Shown here in pieces: positions 8,611 to 16,763 of a stretch of DNA of 64,000 bases (positions are counted from its first letter, which is position 1; each line of letters begins with the position of its first letter). The notes under the pieces are model-generated. The model saw only the letters and a list, made by a program, of their open reading frames with translations, did not search any database and was not told where the DNA came from. The position numbers were made by a program, and so were the translations under genes. The stretch is from a virus (Duplodnaviria; Heunggongvirae; Uroviricota; Caudoviricetes): positions 1-64,000 of IMG/VR virus record IMGVR_UViG_3300045963_000153. One strand, written 5' to 3'.

Positions 8611-9080
8611 TAAGGTTTTGATCCATATACTTTACTATCAATAACTAAAAAACCGTCTTTATGTAACCCATTATCCCGATTTCCCGGATTATAATGAACC
8701 CAATGGATAATTGCTCCCATTGGTGATGGTCTTTGTGCTCGTGAGCTTACTGTTATATAATCACCACAAGCTAGAATTCTCATACCAGACATCAATACTG
8801 GTAATTGACCAAACTCATTATTATAAATAATTTCAATATCTCCACCGAAGATTGAATCAATATCTAAAGAAAAATGTGTGTGCCCAGTTTGGTTTGGATA
8901 TACTGTAACTACTGTACCACTAACCAGTGCTCGTTTTAGTGTTTGGTCTGGAGTATTATGTTTCCAAAAAATAACTTGTTGATTTAAATTTGGTAAAATT
9001 CTATTGTCAATATCTAAACAATTTGGAACAAGGGCAAATGTTTTTGTTGTAAATAGTAAAATCAATAGATATTTTATCAT
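8610..9080 (-). CDS. secreted hypothetical protein (signal peptide)
   Basis: N-terminal MIKYLLILLFTTKTFALV hydrophobic signal. C-terminal HWVHYNPGNRDNGLHKDGF. Confidence 0.4.
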   Translation of the reverse strand: MIKYLLILLFTTKTFALVPNCLDIDNRILPNLNQQVIFWKHNTPDQTLKRALVSGTVVTVYPNQTGHTHFSLDIDSIFGGDIEIIYNNEFGQLPVLMSGMRILACGDYITVSSRAQRPSPMGAIIHWVHYNPGNRDNGLHKDGFLVIDSKVYGSKP

Positions 9081-9355
9081 CTCTTAAAATCCAATCTATA
9101 ATCTAAAATACCACTTATAGTATGTCCATCTAAAACTTTATTAGAATCTTTAAAATCTTTATGCGTATTACCACATTGACAATTTAAGTATTCATCTTCA
9201 ATTTTTGGTGGTGTATCAGTTAGCCCATAGTAACCACGAGTAGTTTGATCCATTTTTTCAAAATGACCAATCCAATCTTTTTCCCAAGTAATTATATATT
9301 CTAAGTCTACTGGGAAATAACACCAGCCACATTTATTACATTCTATTAAGTTCAT
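9077..9355 (-). CDS. Cys-rich small protein (Zn-finger-like)
   Basis: CNKCGWC ... CQCGNTH cysteine pairs. Confidence 0.35.
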   Translation of the reverse strand: MNLIECNKCGWCYFPVDLEYIITWEKDWIGHFEKMDQTTRGYYGLTDTPPKIEDEYLNCQCGNTHKDFKDSNKVLDGHTISGILDYRLDFKR

Positions 9356-9668
9356 TTAATTCTCTTTGAATTTGTTCATCGTCAACTAAAACATAACCAG
9401 AAATAATAGCATCTTGTAAATATTCATTAGCTCCTAAATTTAAAAAAAGATATGATTCGGCTTTTTTAATATGAAATGAACTAGTTCCTTTATTATATTT
9501 TTTTAATTGTTTTATATGATTATCTCTAACAGTTTTAATATCTGCTTTTGACATATATACAGAACCGGGAAAAGCTTGATTTGTTTTAGCATCAACAGCT
9601 TCTACTGCAGTTAAAATTTCATCCCATTGTTGTTTTAAAAGAGATTTTTTAATTTTAATTATTTTCAT
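9336..9668 (-). CDS. hypothetical protein
   Basis: 110-aa ORF. Confidence 0.3.
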   Translation of the reverse strand: MKIIKIKKSLLKQQWDEILTAVEAVDAKTNQAFPGSVYMSKADIKTVRDNHIKQLKKYNKGTSSFHIKKAESYLFLNLGANEYLQDAIISGYVLVDDEQIQRELNELNRM

Positions 9669-9818
9669 TTTTTAACCTTTTTATTATCGCATCCCATACA
9701 ATAAATTTTATCAGTTTTTTCATTCATAACACCAGCATAAATTTGAGCACCACAAATACTGCAAGTCAACAATTCATAATCTGATTGTTTCTTTTTGTGT
9801 TTTTTCTTTGGTTTTCGT

Positions 9819-10034
9819 TTAGCTTTGCTCATAATTATTTAGCCAAGTATTAACTTCTTCAGAGTCTGGAAGTTTTTTAATAATCAAATATGCTTTATTT
9901 AAAAGAAATTCATACTCCATGTTTTTTTTCATGGTTTGAACATTTAAATCGCCAATGAATAAAGCTTCTTCCGTTGGATCTGGAGCTTTAAACTTAACTA
10001 ATAAATTTTGCAATGATTTCGTTAACCGAAGCAT
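9819..10034 (-). CDS. hypothetical protein
   Basis: 71-aa ORF. Confidence 0.3.
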   Translation of the reverse strand: MLRLTKSLQNLLVKFKAPDPTEEALFIGDLNVQTMKKNMEYEFLLNKAYLIIKKLPDSEEVNTWLNNYEQS

Positions 10035-11550
10035 CGAATCCTACCACCCTTAAAATATTTGCATCGTTTTGAGGAAAATTAGTGACCCCATTGGCAACCA
10101 TTGCCACTTCTATAACTTTAACATTTTTATTAATAGTACGGCGATACTCATTTAAAAGATCAATTGAATGTCTACCACCAGCATATGTTTCACTATCAGT
10201 TAAAATTACAATAGCATCAAACTTGCGTTTAGTTTGTAATGCATACTGAATTGGAATAGAACAATCTGTGCCTCCTCCATGAGTAACGGCTTTCATAGCA
10301 TCAGTAATCGCTGTACGTTTACCCAAAGCAATCTGTTGTAGTTGTGTATCAAATGCAATTAATTCTGCATTAGGTTCAGTTTTAAGAGTTGTTAGAGCAA
10401 GCACAGCACCGAGTTGTGTTGCTGTAAAAGATGTACCGCCGACTTCGGTATTCATGCTTCCAGATACATCTAAACCAACAAGGATGTTTTTACCTGTCGC
10501 ATTAAAATCTTCTACAGAATTATGATAAGCATCTTCTAATGCATCTACAAGCTTTTGATTTACAGGCCAAGTTCCATTACCTTTAAATCCTTTACCACTA
10601 GCATATGTTTTCAAATAATTAACAATATTAACTGGATGAAGTTTTGAATATTTAATTGAAGATTTATTTAGTTTTGTTGTTATAATAGCTTTTGTTGTAT
10701 CACTTAAACCCTCGGTTAATTTAGCATTAGCAAATCTATTTAAATTTCTAATGGTAGCAGTAACAGGCATATTTGGAAGTAATGATTTTAAAACTGTAGC
10801 ATTATTTAATTGATCGGTAGGAATCATTTCCCAAGCTAACTTGTTTTTAACAACAGTATCAACTAGAAGTTCGCCTTCCAATGTTTTGGAAGCTTCAAAC
10901 CCTAAAATTAAACTATTTGTTGTTTCTGGAACTGTACCAGAAACAATATACTTTAAAATTTCATTAATTTGTGGATCTGCACATTTAACATGACAAAGAC
11001 GAAGAACATCTCTATGTGTAAACCCAGAACGATTGCGATATTTTAAAATTTGATAAGTAAGATCTTGTGGAGTTTTTGAAGTATACCAGCGTCCAACAGC
11101 TTTACGAAGTCCAGAAGACCAACCCTTTAAAGTATTTGCTTGAGACACAAATGTTAACAGATGTGTACCTGTACGACAAATTAAATTTAAATTAGTATAA
11201 ATACACTTACGAGTATAATCATCTCCATAAGTAACACAAAGGGCGGCTACAAACAATACCGTATCATATTTCGGAGCATTGTGTGCTTCAATTGTATCAA
11301 AAAGAATATCAACAACAGATTCGCCATGTTGCTTAATTAATTTAATAATTTCAGCAGATGTCTCAATTGTTAATTTTGCTTCCCCAACGTAATATGTTCC
11401 ACCAGTAGAACCAATCAGTAAAAATCTACGAAGTAGCTGTTCTCCAGTGATTGCAAATGAATACCCTTCGGCATTGTTTTTAATCATTTCTGGATAGGCA
11501 GGATGTTTTGTTTTTTGATTTACATTTGAAATTACTTGTGCGTAGTCCAT
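9994..11550 (-). CDS. rsr: Ro60 ortholog (TROVE domain + von Willebrand A domain; Rsr)
   Basis: The N-terminal ~350 aa has a TROVE-like helical repeat region (YYVGEAKLTIETSAEI..., LRKAVGRWY). The C-terminal vWA domain has the MIDAS motif LVGLDVSGSM...GGTD...TDSET. Confidence 0.75.
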   Translation of the reverse strand: MDYAQVISNVNQKTKHPAYPEMIKNNAEGYSFAITGEQLLRRFLLIGSTGGTYYVGEAKLTIETSAEIIKLIKQHGESVVDILFDTIEAHNAPKYDTVLFVAALCVTYGDDYTRKCIYTNLNLICRTGTHLLTFVSQANTLKGWSSGLRKAVGRWYTSKTPQDLTYQILKYRNRSGFTHRDVLRLCHVKCADPQINEILKYIVSGTVPETTNSLILGFEASKTLEGELLVDTVVKNKLAWEMIPTDQLNNATVLKSLLPNMPVTATIRNLNRFANAKLTEGLSDTTKAIITTKLNKSSIKYSKLHPVNIVNYLKTYASGKGFKGNGTWPVNQKLVDALEDAYHNSVEDFNATGKNILVGLDVSGSMNTEVGGTSFTATQLGAVLALTTLKTEPNAELIAFDTQLQQIALGKRTAITDAMKAVTHGGGTDCSIPIQYALQTKRKFDAIVILTDSETYAGGRHSIDLLNEYRRTINKNVKVIEVAMVANGVTNFPQNDANILRVVGFDASVNEIIAKFIS

Positions 11551-11574
11551 ACTTTCCCCTTTGTTAAAAAAATT

Positions 11575-11710
11575 GACTGATAAATGTCGTTTATTGGGTT
11601 TTTTCTATCGCTCTACCAACTGAGCTATCCCCCGTCAAAAATGTTCGGGGGAGCAAGAATCGAACTTGCGACATATAGTTCCCAGTATAACCAATAAACT
11701 ACGACCAGTC
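11575..11710 (-). ncRNA. yrlA: YrlA-like Y RNA: Ro60-binding bulged stem enclosing a permuted tRNA-like module
   Basis: On the minus strand: GACTGGTCGT(AG)TTTATTGG ... T-arm GCAAG-TTCGATT-CTTGC ... acceptor-like helix TCCCCCG/CGGGGGA closed by an 11-nt loop ... D-arm GCTC-AGTTGGTA-GAGC ... CCAATAAACGAC-ATTTAT-CAGTC. The 5' and 3' ends pair with an AG bulge, and a U-run follows. It lies immediately upstream of rsr on the same strand. Confidence 0.6.
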
Positions 11711-11797
11711 AAAAATATGGTAGATAAAGATTAAATAAAGGCATTTGGCTTCAAGATAGTTGAAAACCTTTATTTGACGACCTACCAGTAAAATTTT

Positions 11798-11928
11798 GCA
11801 AAGAAATAAATATTGAGATGGATATAGTGCGTTACCAATTACGCCACCAGAGGATTACTCCACCAGATGGGACTCGAACCCATAACACTTCATTAACAGT
11901 GAAAACCCATCTCTAACGACCTCTCTGC
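11798..11928 (-). ncRNA. second tRNA-like or Y-like RNA element (canonical T-arm GGTTCGAGTCC, anticodon-like arm with a GUU loop, D-arm-like GCG-TAATTGGTAA-CGC; no canonical acceptor pairing)
   Basis: The minus strand has TTTCA-CTGTTAA-TGAAG (a perfect 5-bp stem with a 7-nt loop, U33/A37, Asn-like GUU) and ATGGG-TTCGAGT-CCCAT. The termini GCAGAG/CTTTGC and GAGATGG/CCATCTC can pair. A hairpin plus U-tract (about 11713-11790) separates it from YrlA. Confidence 0.3.
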
Positions 11929-11972
11929 TTAATTAGTTTACGTCATACAAAATATGAAGTCAACAATTATTT

Positions 11973-13826
11973 TTAAGTAATTTCACACAACCCACCAGCA
12001 CAAGCTAAGTTATCAATACGATTGGTGTTATCATCGTTTTCTCTTACTTTAGTAAGATCAATATCTTTAACCATTGAATTATATTTATCGAAAGTTTCTT
12101 TATCACAAGTTTCAAATGGGGCTTGTTGATATGTTCCACCGTCAAATGGTAATAAACTAATGCCTGTATAACTTTCACGGAATTTCCACATAAGATCAAA
12201 TAGTTCTTCTATTTCAGAATCTTTGTAAGAAATAGTAACACTGACATTATGTTGATTCACACCTTGGTTATGTCCGGGTTTAATCCAGTTATCTTGATAC
12301 AAAGTTGTACGTTCAAACATAGATTTAACAGACTCTGCATCTCTAATAATTGCGCCATTTGGTGATTCTTGTGGAATAGTAACCACAACACCATTTGAAG
12401 AGAATACATCATCTTCTACCAATTCAGGAACAACACTCTTTAAATAAACACTAAGAGCATCATCTTTATTCATTCTAACTCGACGAAGATAATAATTGGC
12501 ATGGCGAGCATGGATACCAGAAGAACTACCCAAAACACAAGAAGCCGTACCTTCGGGTTTAATAGTTGTAATACGAGCAGCAGGATTAATCCCAAGTTTA
12601 CGAGCATATTTTTCATTGACTTCTTTTGCGAGTTTAGCTCCTTCATTTAACCATTCTGCAGTAATTAAACCGCTTGCGTCTGCAATACCAGTACAACTAA
12701 CTCCTAATAGTGCTTCTAATTCTGTTGTTTGTTTCCAACTTGGACGAAGATAAGGGAAGTCTGTGTATGCCGCTTGAAGTGTTCCAAGTAGTGTTGCTGC
12801 ATAAATACGATTCAACCAATCTTTTTTATCTTTAACGCCAGTTTGATTAATTGTTGTTAAATTACAAAATTGATTGCTATTCAAACTAATTTCGGCGCAT
12901 GGATTAGTTCCCAAATTTTCATCGTTAGTCCAGAAAAAGCCGGGTTCACCAGATTTACTGTTGATACACATATCAAAAATATGTCTGAACTCATCTTTCT
13001 TAACTGCACCCCTTGGAAGTACTGCGGAGTTATTTGCTCTAGCTCTGTATGGATGTTTCTCCCACCAAGTACCATGCTTAGATTTTAGCATTTCATCATC
13101 TGTGCGATCAAATAATGAAATAAGAGCGGCACGACGAATACCACCAGCAAGAACACAATCCGCAATAATACAAACTAGATCGTGAATTTCAATTGGTTTT
13201 AATCTGCGACCTTCAGCAGCTTTCAATCTAGCATCTACTTGTTCTAGCATGTATTTTAATGGTGCAGGGCCGGGGGCTTTTGCACCAGTCGTAACAAGAT
13301 AAGATCCTTTAGGACGAACATTTGAAAAATCATACACAGGACGCATACGACCATAAAAATAAGAGTCCATTAGAATATCTAGTGCTTGTGCCCACCCAGT
13401 AATGCTGTCGTGTACAACAAACAATCCTTCTTCCCTTGGACGTTGAATTACTGGAAGCTTATTAACATGTCTTTTTTGACAGCTAAATCCAACACCAGTT
13501 CCAGATAATAATAGGAATAGTGCTTCACCAAAAGATCTTGGATCATCAATATGTAAAAACGAACAATTGTATGAACGAATGTTATTCTTTAGAATTGCTT
13601 CTCCACCAAACTGTAATGCTCTCATTGATGGCATTACTTTATACTCATGTACACGCTGATATGCTTTTACAATGTCACGAGATAATTTTGGAAACTTATC
13701 TAAATGCATTTGCATATTACGATTTAATGTTTCTTCAAATACTTCTCGTCTACCAAAGTTTTGAAGATGCTTTGCGTATGTACGAAAACTTACGATGTCT
13801 GATAATAATTTATTACTTTGATTCAT
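11973..13826 (-). CDS. nrdJ: ribonucleotide reductase, class II (adenosylcobalamin-dependent, NrdJ-like), monomeric type
   Basis: Has the RNR active-site loop TNPCAEISL, NrdJ-like central segments and the C-terminal Cys pair ACAGGLCEIT. No separate small subunit is present. GAGAGAGG RBS. Confidence 0.75.
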   Translation of the reverse strand: MNQSNKLLSDIVSFRTYAKHLQNFGRREVFEETLNRNMQMHLDKFPKLSRDIVKAYQRVHEYKVMPSMRALQFGGEAILKNNIRSYNCSFLHIDDPRSFGEALFLLLSGTGVGFSCQKRHVNKLPVIQRPREEGLFVVHDSITGWAQALDILMDSYFYGRMRPVYDFSNVRPKGSYLVTTGAKAPGPAPLKYMLEQVDARLKAAEGRRLKPIEIHDLVCIIADCVLAGGIRRAALISLFDRTDDEMLKSKHGTWWEKHPYRARANNSAVLPRGAVKKDEFRHIFDMCINSKSGEPGFFWTNDENLGTNPCAEISLNSNQFCNLTTINQTGVKDKKDWLNRIYAATLLGTLQAAYTDFPYLRPSWKQTTELEALLGVSCTGIADASGLITAEWLNEGAKLAKEVNEKYARKLGINPAARITTIKPEGTASCVLGSSSGIHARHANYYLRRVRMNKDDALSVYLKSVVPELVEDDVFSSNGVVVTIPQESPNGAIIRDAESVKSMFERTTLYQDNWIKPGHNQGVNQHNVSVTISYKDSEIEELFDLMWKFRESYTGISLLPFDGGTYQQAPFETCDKETFDKYNSMVKDIDLTKVRENDDNTNRIDNLACAGGLCEIT

Positions 13827-14036
13827 GTGCCTCTCTCATGTTGTTAAAATGGTCAGGTAGCTGGTGACGCTCCAGATCCCTCGCTTCACAGGCGAGTACA
13901 TTGACTAACTATATGCTACTACCTGTATAAAATTATAGCCCTCTCGTGTGCGTTACACCAGCGTCATCGTGGGTAATCCAACCCAGTGAATACACAGTCA
14001 TTTCCCACTCCTACCAAGGGCACCGTAGGATTACAA
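13827..14036 (-). promoter_or_regulatory. GC-rich structured 5' leader of nrdJ (candidate riboswitch or cis-regulatory RNA; weak cobalamin-riboswitch-like motifs)
   Basis: A 210-nt ORF-free gap of about 50% GC inside a 30% GC genome. Perfect hairpin CTCGC-CTGTGAA-GCGAG and long-range pairing GACGCT/AGCGTC. The minus strand reads GGTGCC..GGGAA..GATGACGCTGGTGTAACGC, reminiscent of the GGTG / GGGAA / GCTGACGC..GGTAA blocks of B12 elements. Confidence 0.3.
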
Positions 14037-14330
14037 TTAAAATGGAACATCTTCGTGCTGAACTTCCATATAGGAAGAGTCTGCTACTAATGTAGCTGGT
14101 GCTACACTTGATTCTTCTTTTTTAGATACAGGAGGATTTTCCATATAAAATCCATAAATCTCTCTTAATGCATCTTCCATATCTTTCATTGCAACATTAA
14201 ACTTTGGGCTTGGTCCATTAACTGTAATGTTAATTTCACCAGTACTTGTTGTTTTTAATGATACAATGTCTAATTCTCCAGCCACAGCAGCTTCATCAAT
14301 ACTTACAATCAAATTCTTTTTAATTGCCAT
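14037..14330 (-). CDS. hypothetical protein with acidic C-terminal tip ...EDVPF (SSB-tail-like)
   Basis: 97 aa. The C-terminus HEDVPF resembles the SSB DDDIPF tail. Too short for an OB-fold SSB. Confidence 0.35.
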   Translation of the reverse strand: MAIKKNLIVSIDEAAVAGELDIVSLKTTSTGEINITVNGPSPKFNVAMKDMEDALREIYGFYMENPPVSKKEESSVAPATLVADSSYMEVQHEDVPF

Positions 14331-14339
14331 ATTCTCTCC

Positions 14340-14576
14340 TTAGTTAAATCGTTTATTAATTGTTAGCCTAACATTATTAAATGTGTCAACTGCTAATTGT
14401 TGATCTTTATTTAAATTTTTCTTGAATGGTGGTGGATTCATTCCTTTGAGATAACCAATAATTTCCATAGTCATATTTAGAAATTCTTTTTTTCTCTTTT
14501 TGGACTCAATATTATTATAAATATAATCGGCATGAGCACCAAACGAATTGAGTATTAAATCTTTCATTAGCACCAC
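14340..14576 (-). CDS. hypothetical protein
   Basis: 78-aa ORF. Confidence 0.3.
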   Translation of the reverse strand: MVLMKDLILNSFGAHADYIYNNIESKKRKKEFLNMTMEIIGYLKGMNPPPFKKNLNKDQQLAVDTFNNVRLTINKRFN

Positions 14577-15061
14577 CAGCGTCTACTAGCGTTTAGTAAA
14601 ATATCTCCAAGATCTCGTAAATCTTGTTGAGCATCTTCTTCTGCTTTTTTAATTATTTCTAAAAATTCTTTTCGTTCTTGTTCTTTTTGCTTCTTAGTTT
14701 TAACTTTAGAACGATCTAGATTTTTTCCATCAAAATTTAATTCACCCCATTTTTTATCATGCTTCTCTTTATAGGCATCACCATAATTATCTTCAACAAT
14801 ATTATCACATAGTTTAATAGCCAATAATAAAGCTTTGCGATCTTTTGGAGTAAAGGTATGATATGGATCTTTATCTAACGTATTGTAAAGTCTAGATAAC
14901 TTAAAAGATAACAGCTTATAAACAGAACTATAATCAAAATCATAGTTTGCCCATCCAAATTTAGCATAAGCAAACGATCTACAAATCTTTTCTTTATATT
15001 CTGTAAATTTGCTAATGATATCATAATAAAAAAATAAAATCTTTGCAGCATATTTTTTCAT
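14567..15061 (-). CDS. hypothetical protein (basic, coiled-coil C-terminus)
   Basis: 164-aa ORF. Confidence 0.35.
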   Translation of the reverse strand: MKKYAAKILFFYYDIISKFTEYKEKICRSFAYAKFGWANYDFDYSSVYKLLSFKLSRLYNTLDKDPYHTFTPKDRKALLLAIKLCDNIVEDNYGDAYKEKHDKKWGELNFDGKNLDRSKVKTKKQKEQERKEFLEIIKKAEEDAQQDLRDLGDILLNASRRWWC

Positions 15062-15300
15062 ACAGATTCCCCAGTTGTATTAGAAACTGTTCCACCAATA
15101 ATTCCAGTACCCCAAGGACCAAGAGGTTGAACAAAAGGATTAATATTTGGTGGATTATATGGTTGAATAAACGGTTGAGTGTTTGTTCTATTATAATCAA
15201 AATGTGTTCTTAAAGAATTATATAATTCACGAGCTTCTGTTTCTGTTAATTCAAAAGCTTTATTTCCAATTTCAATTTTAAAATTAACTTCCATCTTCAT
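15058..15300 (-). CDS. hypothetical protein (Pro/Gly-rich C-terminus)
   Basis: 80-aa ORF. Confidence 0.3.
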   Translation of the reverse strand: MKMEVNFKIEIGNKAFELTETEARELYNSLRTHFDYNRTNTQPFIQPYNPPNINPFVQPLGPWGTGIIGGTVSNTTGESV

Positions 15301-15301
15301 A

Positions 15302-15601
15302 TTAATACCCTCTACTTAAATTATATTCAGAAACTACAATATTATAATAGTAATAACCGTAACAAACAACAGGATTTAAAAGATATTGAAATCCATTATT
15401 ATATGTACGATTAATAATTCGACCATTACAAATAATACCATTTGGCATTCTAGTATAAACTAATTCACCAATATTAAATCGTGGTGGTATAGTGTATACT
15501 GTGGATGGTGTACTATATACTATAGTATCTATGCGATCACAATCACTTCCACATGCAGATAACATTACTAATCCTAAAATAACCCCTAAATATTTAAACA
15601 T
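15302..15601 (-). CDS. lipoprotein (lipobox LSAC)
   Basis: MFKYLGVILGLVMLSACGSD is a signal peptidase II-type signal. Confidence 0.5.
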   Translation of the reverse strand: MFKYLGVILGLVMLSACGSDCDRIDTIVYSTPSTVYTIPPRFNIGELVYTRMPNGIICNGRIINRTYNNGFQYLLNPVVCYGYYYYNIVVSEYNLSRGY

Positions 15602-15603
15602 AA

Positions 15604-16485
15604 TTACCCCTTACAACTTTCTAATTTAATTTTAATATCTTGTATACGTTTAGTCAAGTCTTTGTATTTGTTTTGATCAAATTCTTTATCAAACTTAACT
15701 TTTAATTTTGTATAATAAGAACATACACTTGTAGTATCAACAGTTAAGGTTTGGTTTAATCCCACTTTATCTGTATCATAAAACCCATATAACTTTAAAG
15801 ATAAACTACCTTTAAATGGTAGCTGAGTAATTGATACCAGTGAATCTAAATATTTAAGTACGGTTTCATATTGAATTGGTGATGTCATTGGTGTGGACAT
15901 AGATTGTTCAATCATATAATCTTTAATAAAACTATATCTCAATGTAACTAATCCATATACCGCAGATTCGTAATTACCGCCAATTTGCGTTTTATACATA
16001 TCAAGCATTTTAGTTTCTGGAATTAAACCAGAAATAACTTGAAGTGCATTTAGTTTAATGTACTTACCCAAATCTATAGCATCTTTTTGTTGTTTGTTAA
16101 TTCCATCAATTTGCGCCAAATTAATTTCAGAAATCCACAAAAAAGCAATACCAGCAAGTTCTTCTGGTGTAGCGGTTTCTGCTAATGCTTTAGCTACAGC
16201 AAGCATTGGAATGATATTAACAGATGTTAATGTTATATATTTAGTATTGTCTGGTTTAAGAAGCTCATTCATTGCAAGCATTAGTGCTTGTGAATGTAAA
16301 GCATCTTTTGTATCAGAAAGACTTTTATCCATTCCAGAAATAGATCCATGCATGTCATCTAGATTCTTTACCATCTTATCTAAACGTGTATTAAGACCTT
16401 CCATCTTAGCATCTACATTCTTTAATGAATCAGATATACCACAACCACTTAGCATTAATAACAATATGGGGAATATTGTTTTCAT
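15604..16485 (-). CDS. lipoprotein (lipobox LSGC), helical
   Basis: MKTIFPILLLMLSGCGISD. Confidence 0.5.
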   Translation of the reverse strand: MKTIFPILLLMLSGCGISDSLKNVDAKMEGLNTRLDKMVKNLDDMHGSISGMDKSLSDTKDALHSQALMLAMNELLKPDNTKYITLTSVNIIPMLAVAKALAETATPEELAGIAFLWISEINLAQIDGINKQQKDAIDLGKYIKLNALQVISGLIPETKMLDMYKTQIGGNYESAVYGLVTLRYSFIKDYMIEQSMSTPMTSPIQYETVLKYLDSLVSITQLPFKGSLSLKLYGFYDTDKVGLNQTLTVDTTSVCSYYTKLKVKFDKEFDQNKYKDLTKRIQDIKIKLESCKG

Positions 16486-16610
16486 GATGCAGCCTTATCT
16501 TTCTTTTTATCAACAAACTCTTTTTTAGGTTTATTATTTAATTGTTCATTAGTCATGGTAGCACATGCACTAAAACTTACTGCCATAATAATCAAAATAA
16601 ATACTTTCAT
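16482..16610 (-). CDS. small lipoprotein (MKVFILIIMAVSFSACATM..., about 42 aa)
   Basis: Unlisted short ORF with an FSAC lipobox. ATGA overlap with the downstream gene. Confidence 0.35.
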   Translation of the reverse strand: MKVFILIIMAVSFSACATMTNEQLNNKPKKEFVDKKKDKAAS

Positions 16611-16625
16611 TTCTCTCTCCTTTTT

Positions 16626-16762
16626 TAATCGTTACTGCTTGCTGTAGTTTCAATATCCCCGAACGTTTGAACTGGGCATACAGAAACTCCCTTCTCATTT
16701 ACCTTACACAAACTTGCACATCCAGACAAGTAAATTAAACTAATTAAGATAATGTATTTCAT
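16626..16762 (-). CDS. small lipoprotein (MKYIILISLIYLSGCASLCKV..., about 45 aa)
   Basis: Unlisted short ORF with an LSGC lipobox. Confidence 0.35.
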
Positions 16763-16763
16763 A

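Noticed and set aside
11575-11710. Canonical tRNA gene (strong T-arm GTTCGATTC and D-arm GCTCAGTTGGTAGAGC on the minus strand)
   Set aside because: The T-arm and 3' acceptor strand lie upstream of the 5' acceptor strand and D-arm (permuted order). There is no anticodon arm. The whole unit is enclosed by a Ro60-binding-type bulged stem next to an rsr gene. It is better explained as a YrlA tRNA-like module than as a tRNA.
12496-13185. Several 60-100 aa plus- and minus-strand ORFs inside the nrdJ coding region
   Set aside because: Fully nested in a well-supported 617-aa gene. These are typical alternate-frame artefacts.
13827-14036. Canonical cobalamin riboswitch
   Set aside because: Only partial block similarity, and the B12-box-like CACTGGG is out of canonical order. 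Kept only as a low-confidence candidate regulatory RNA.
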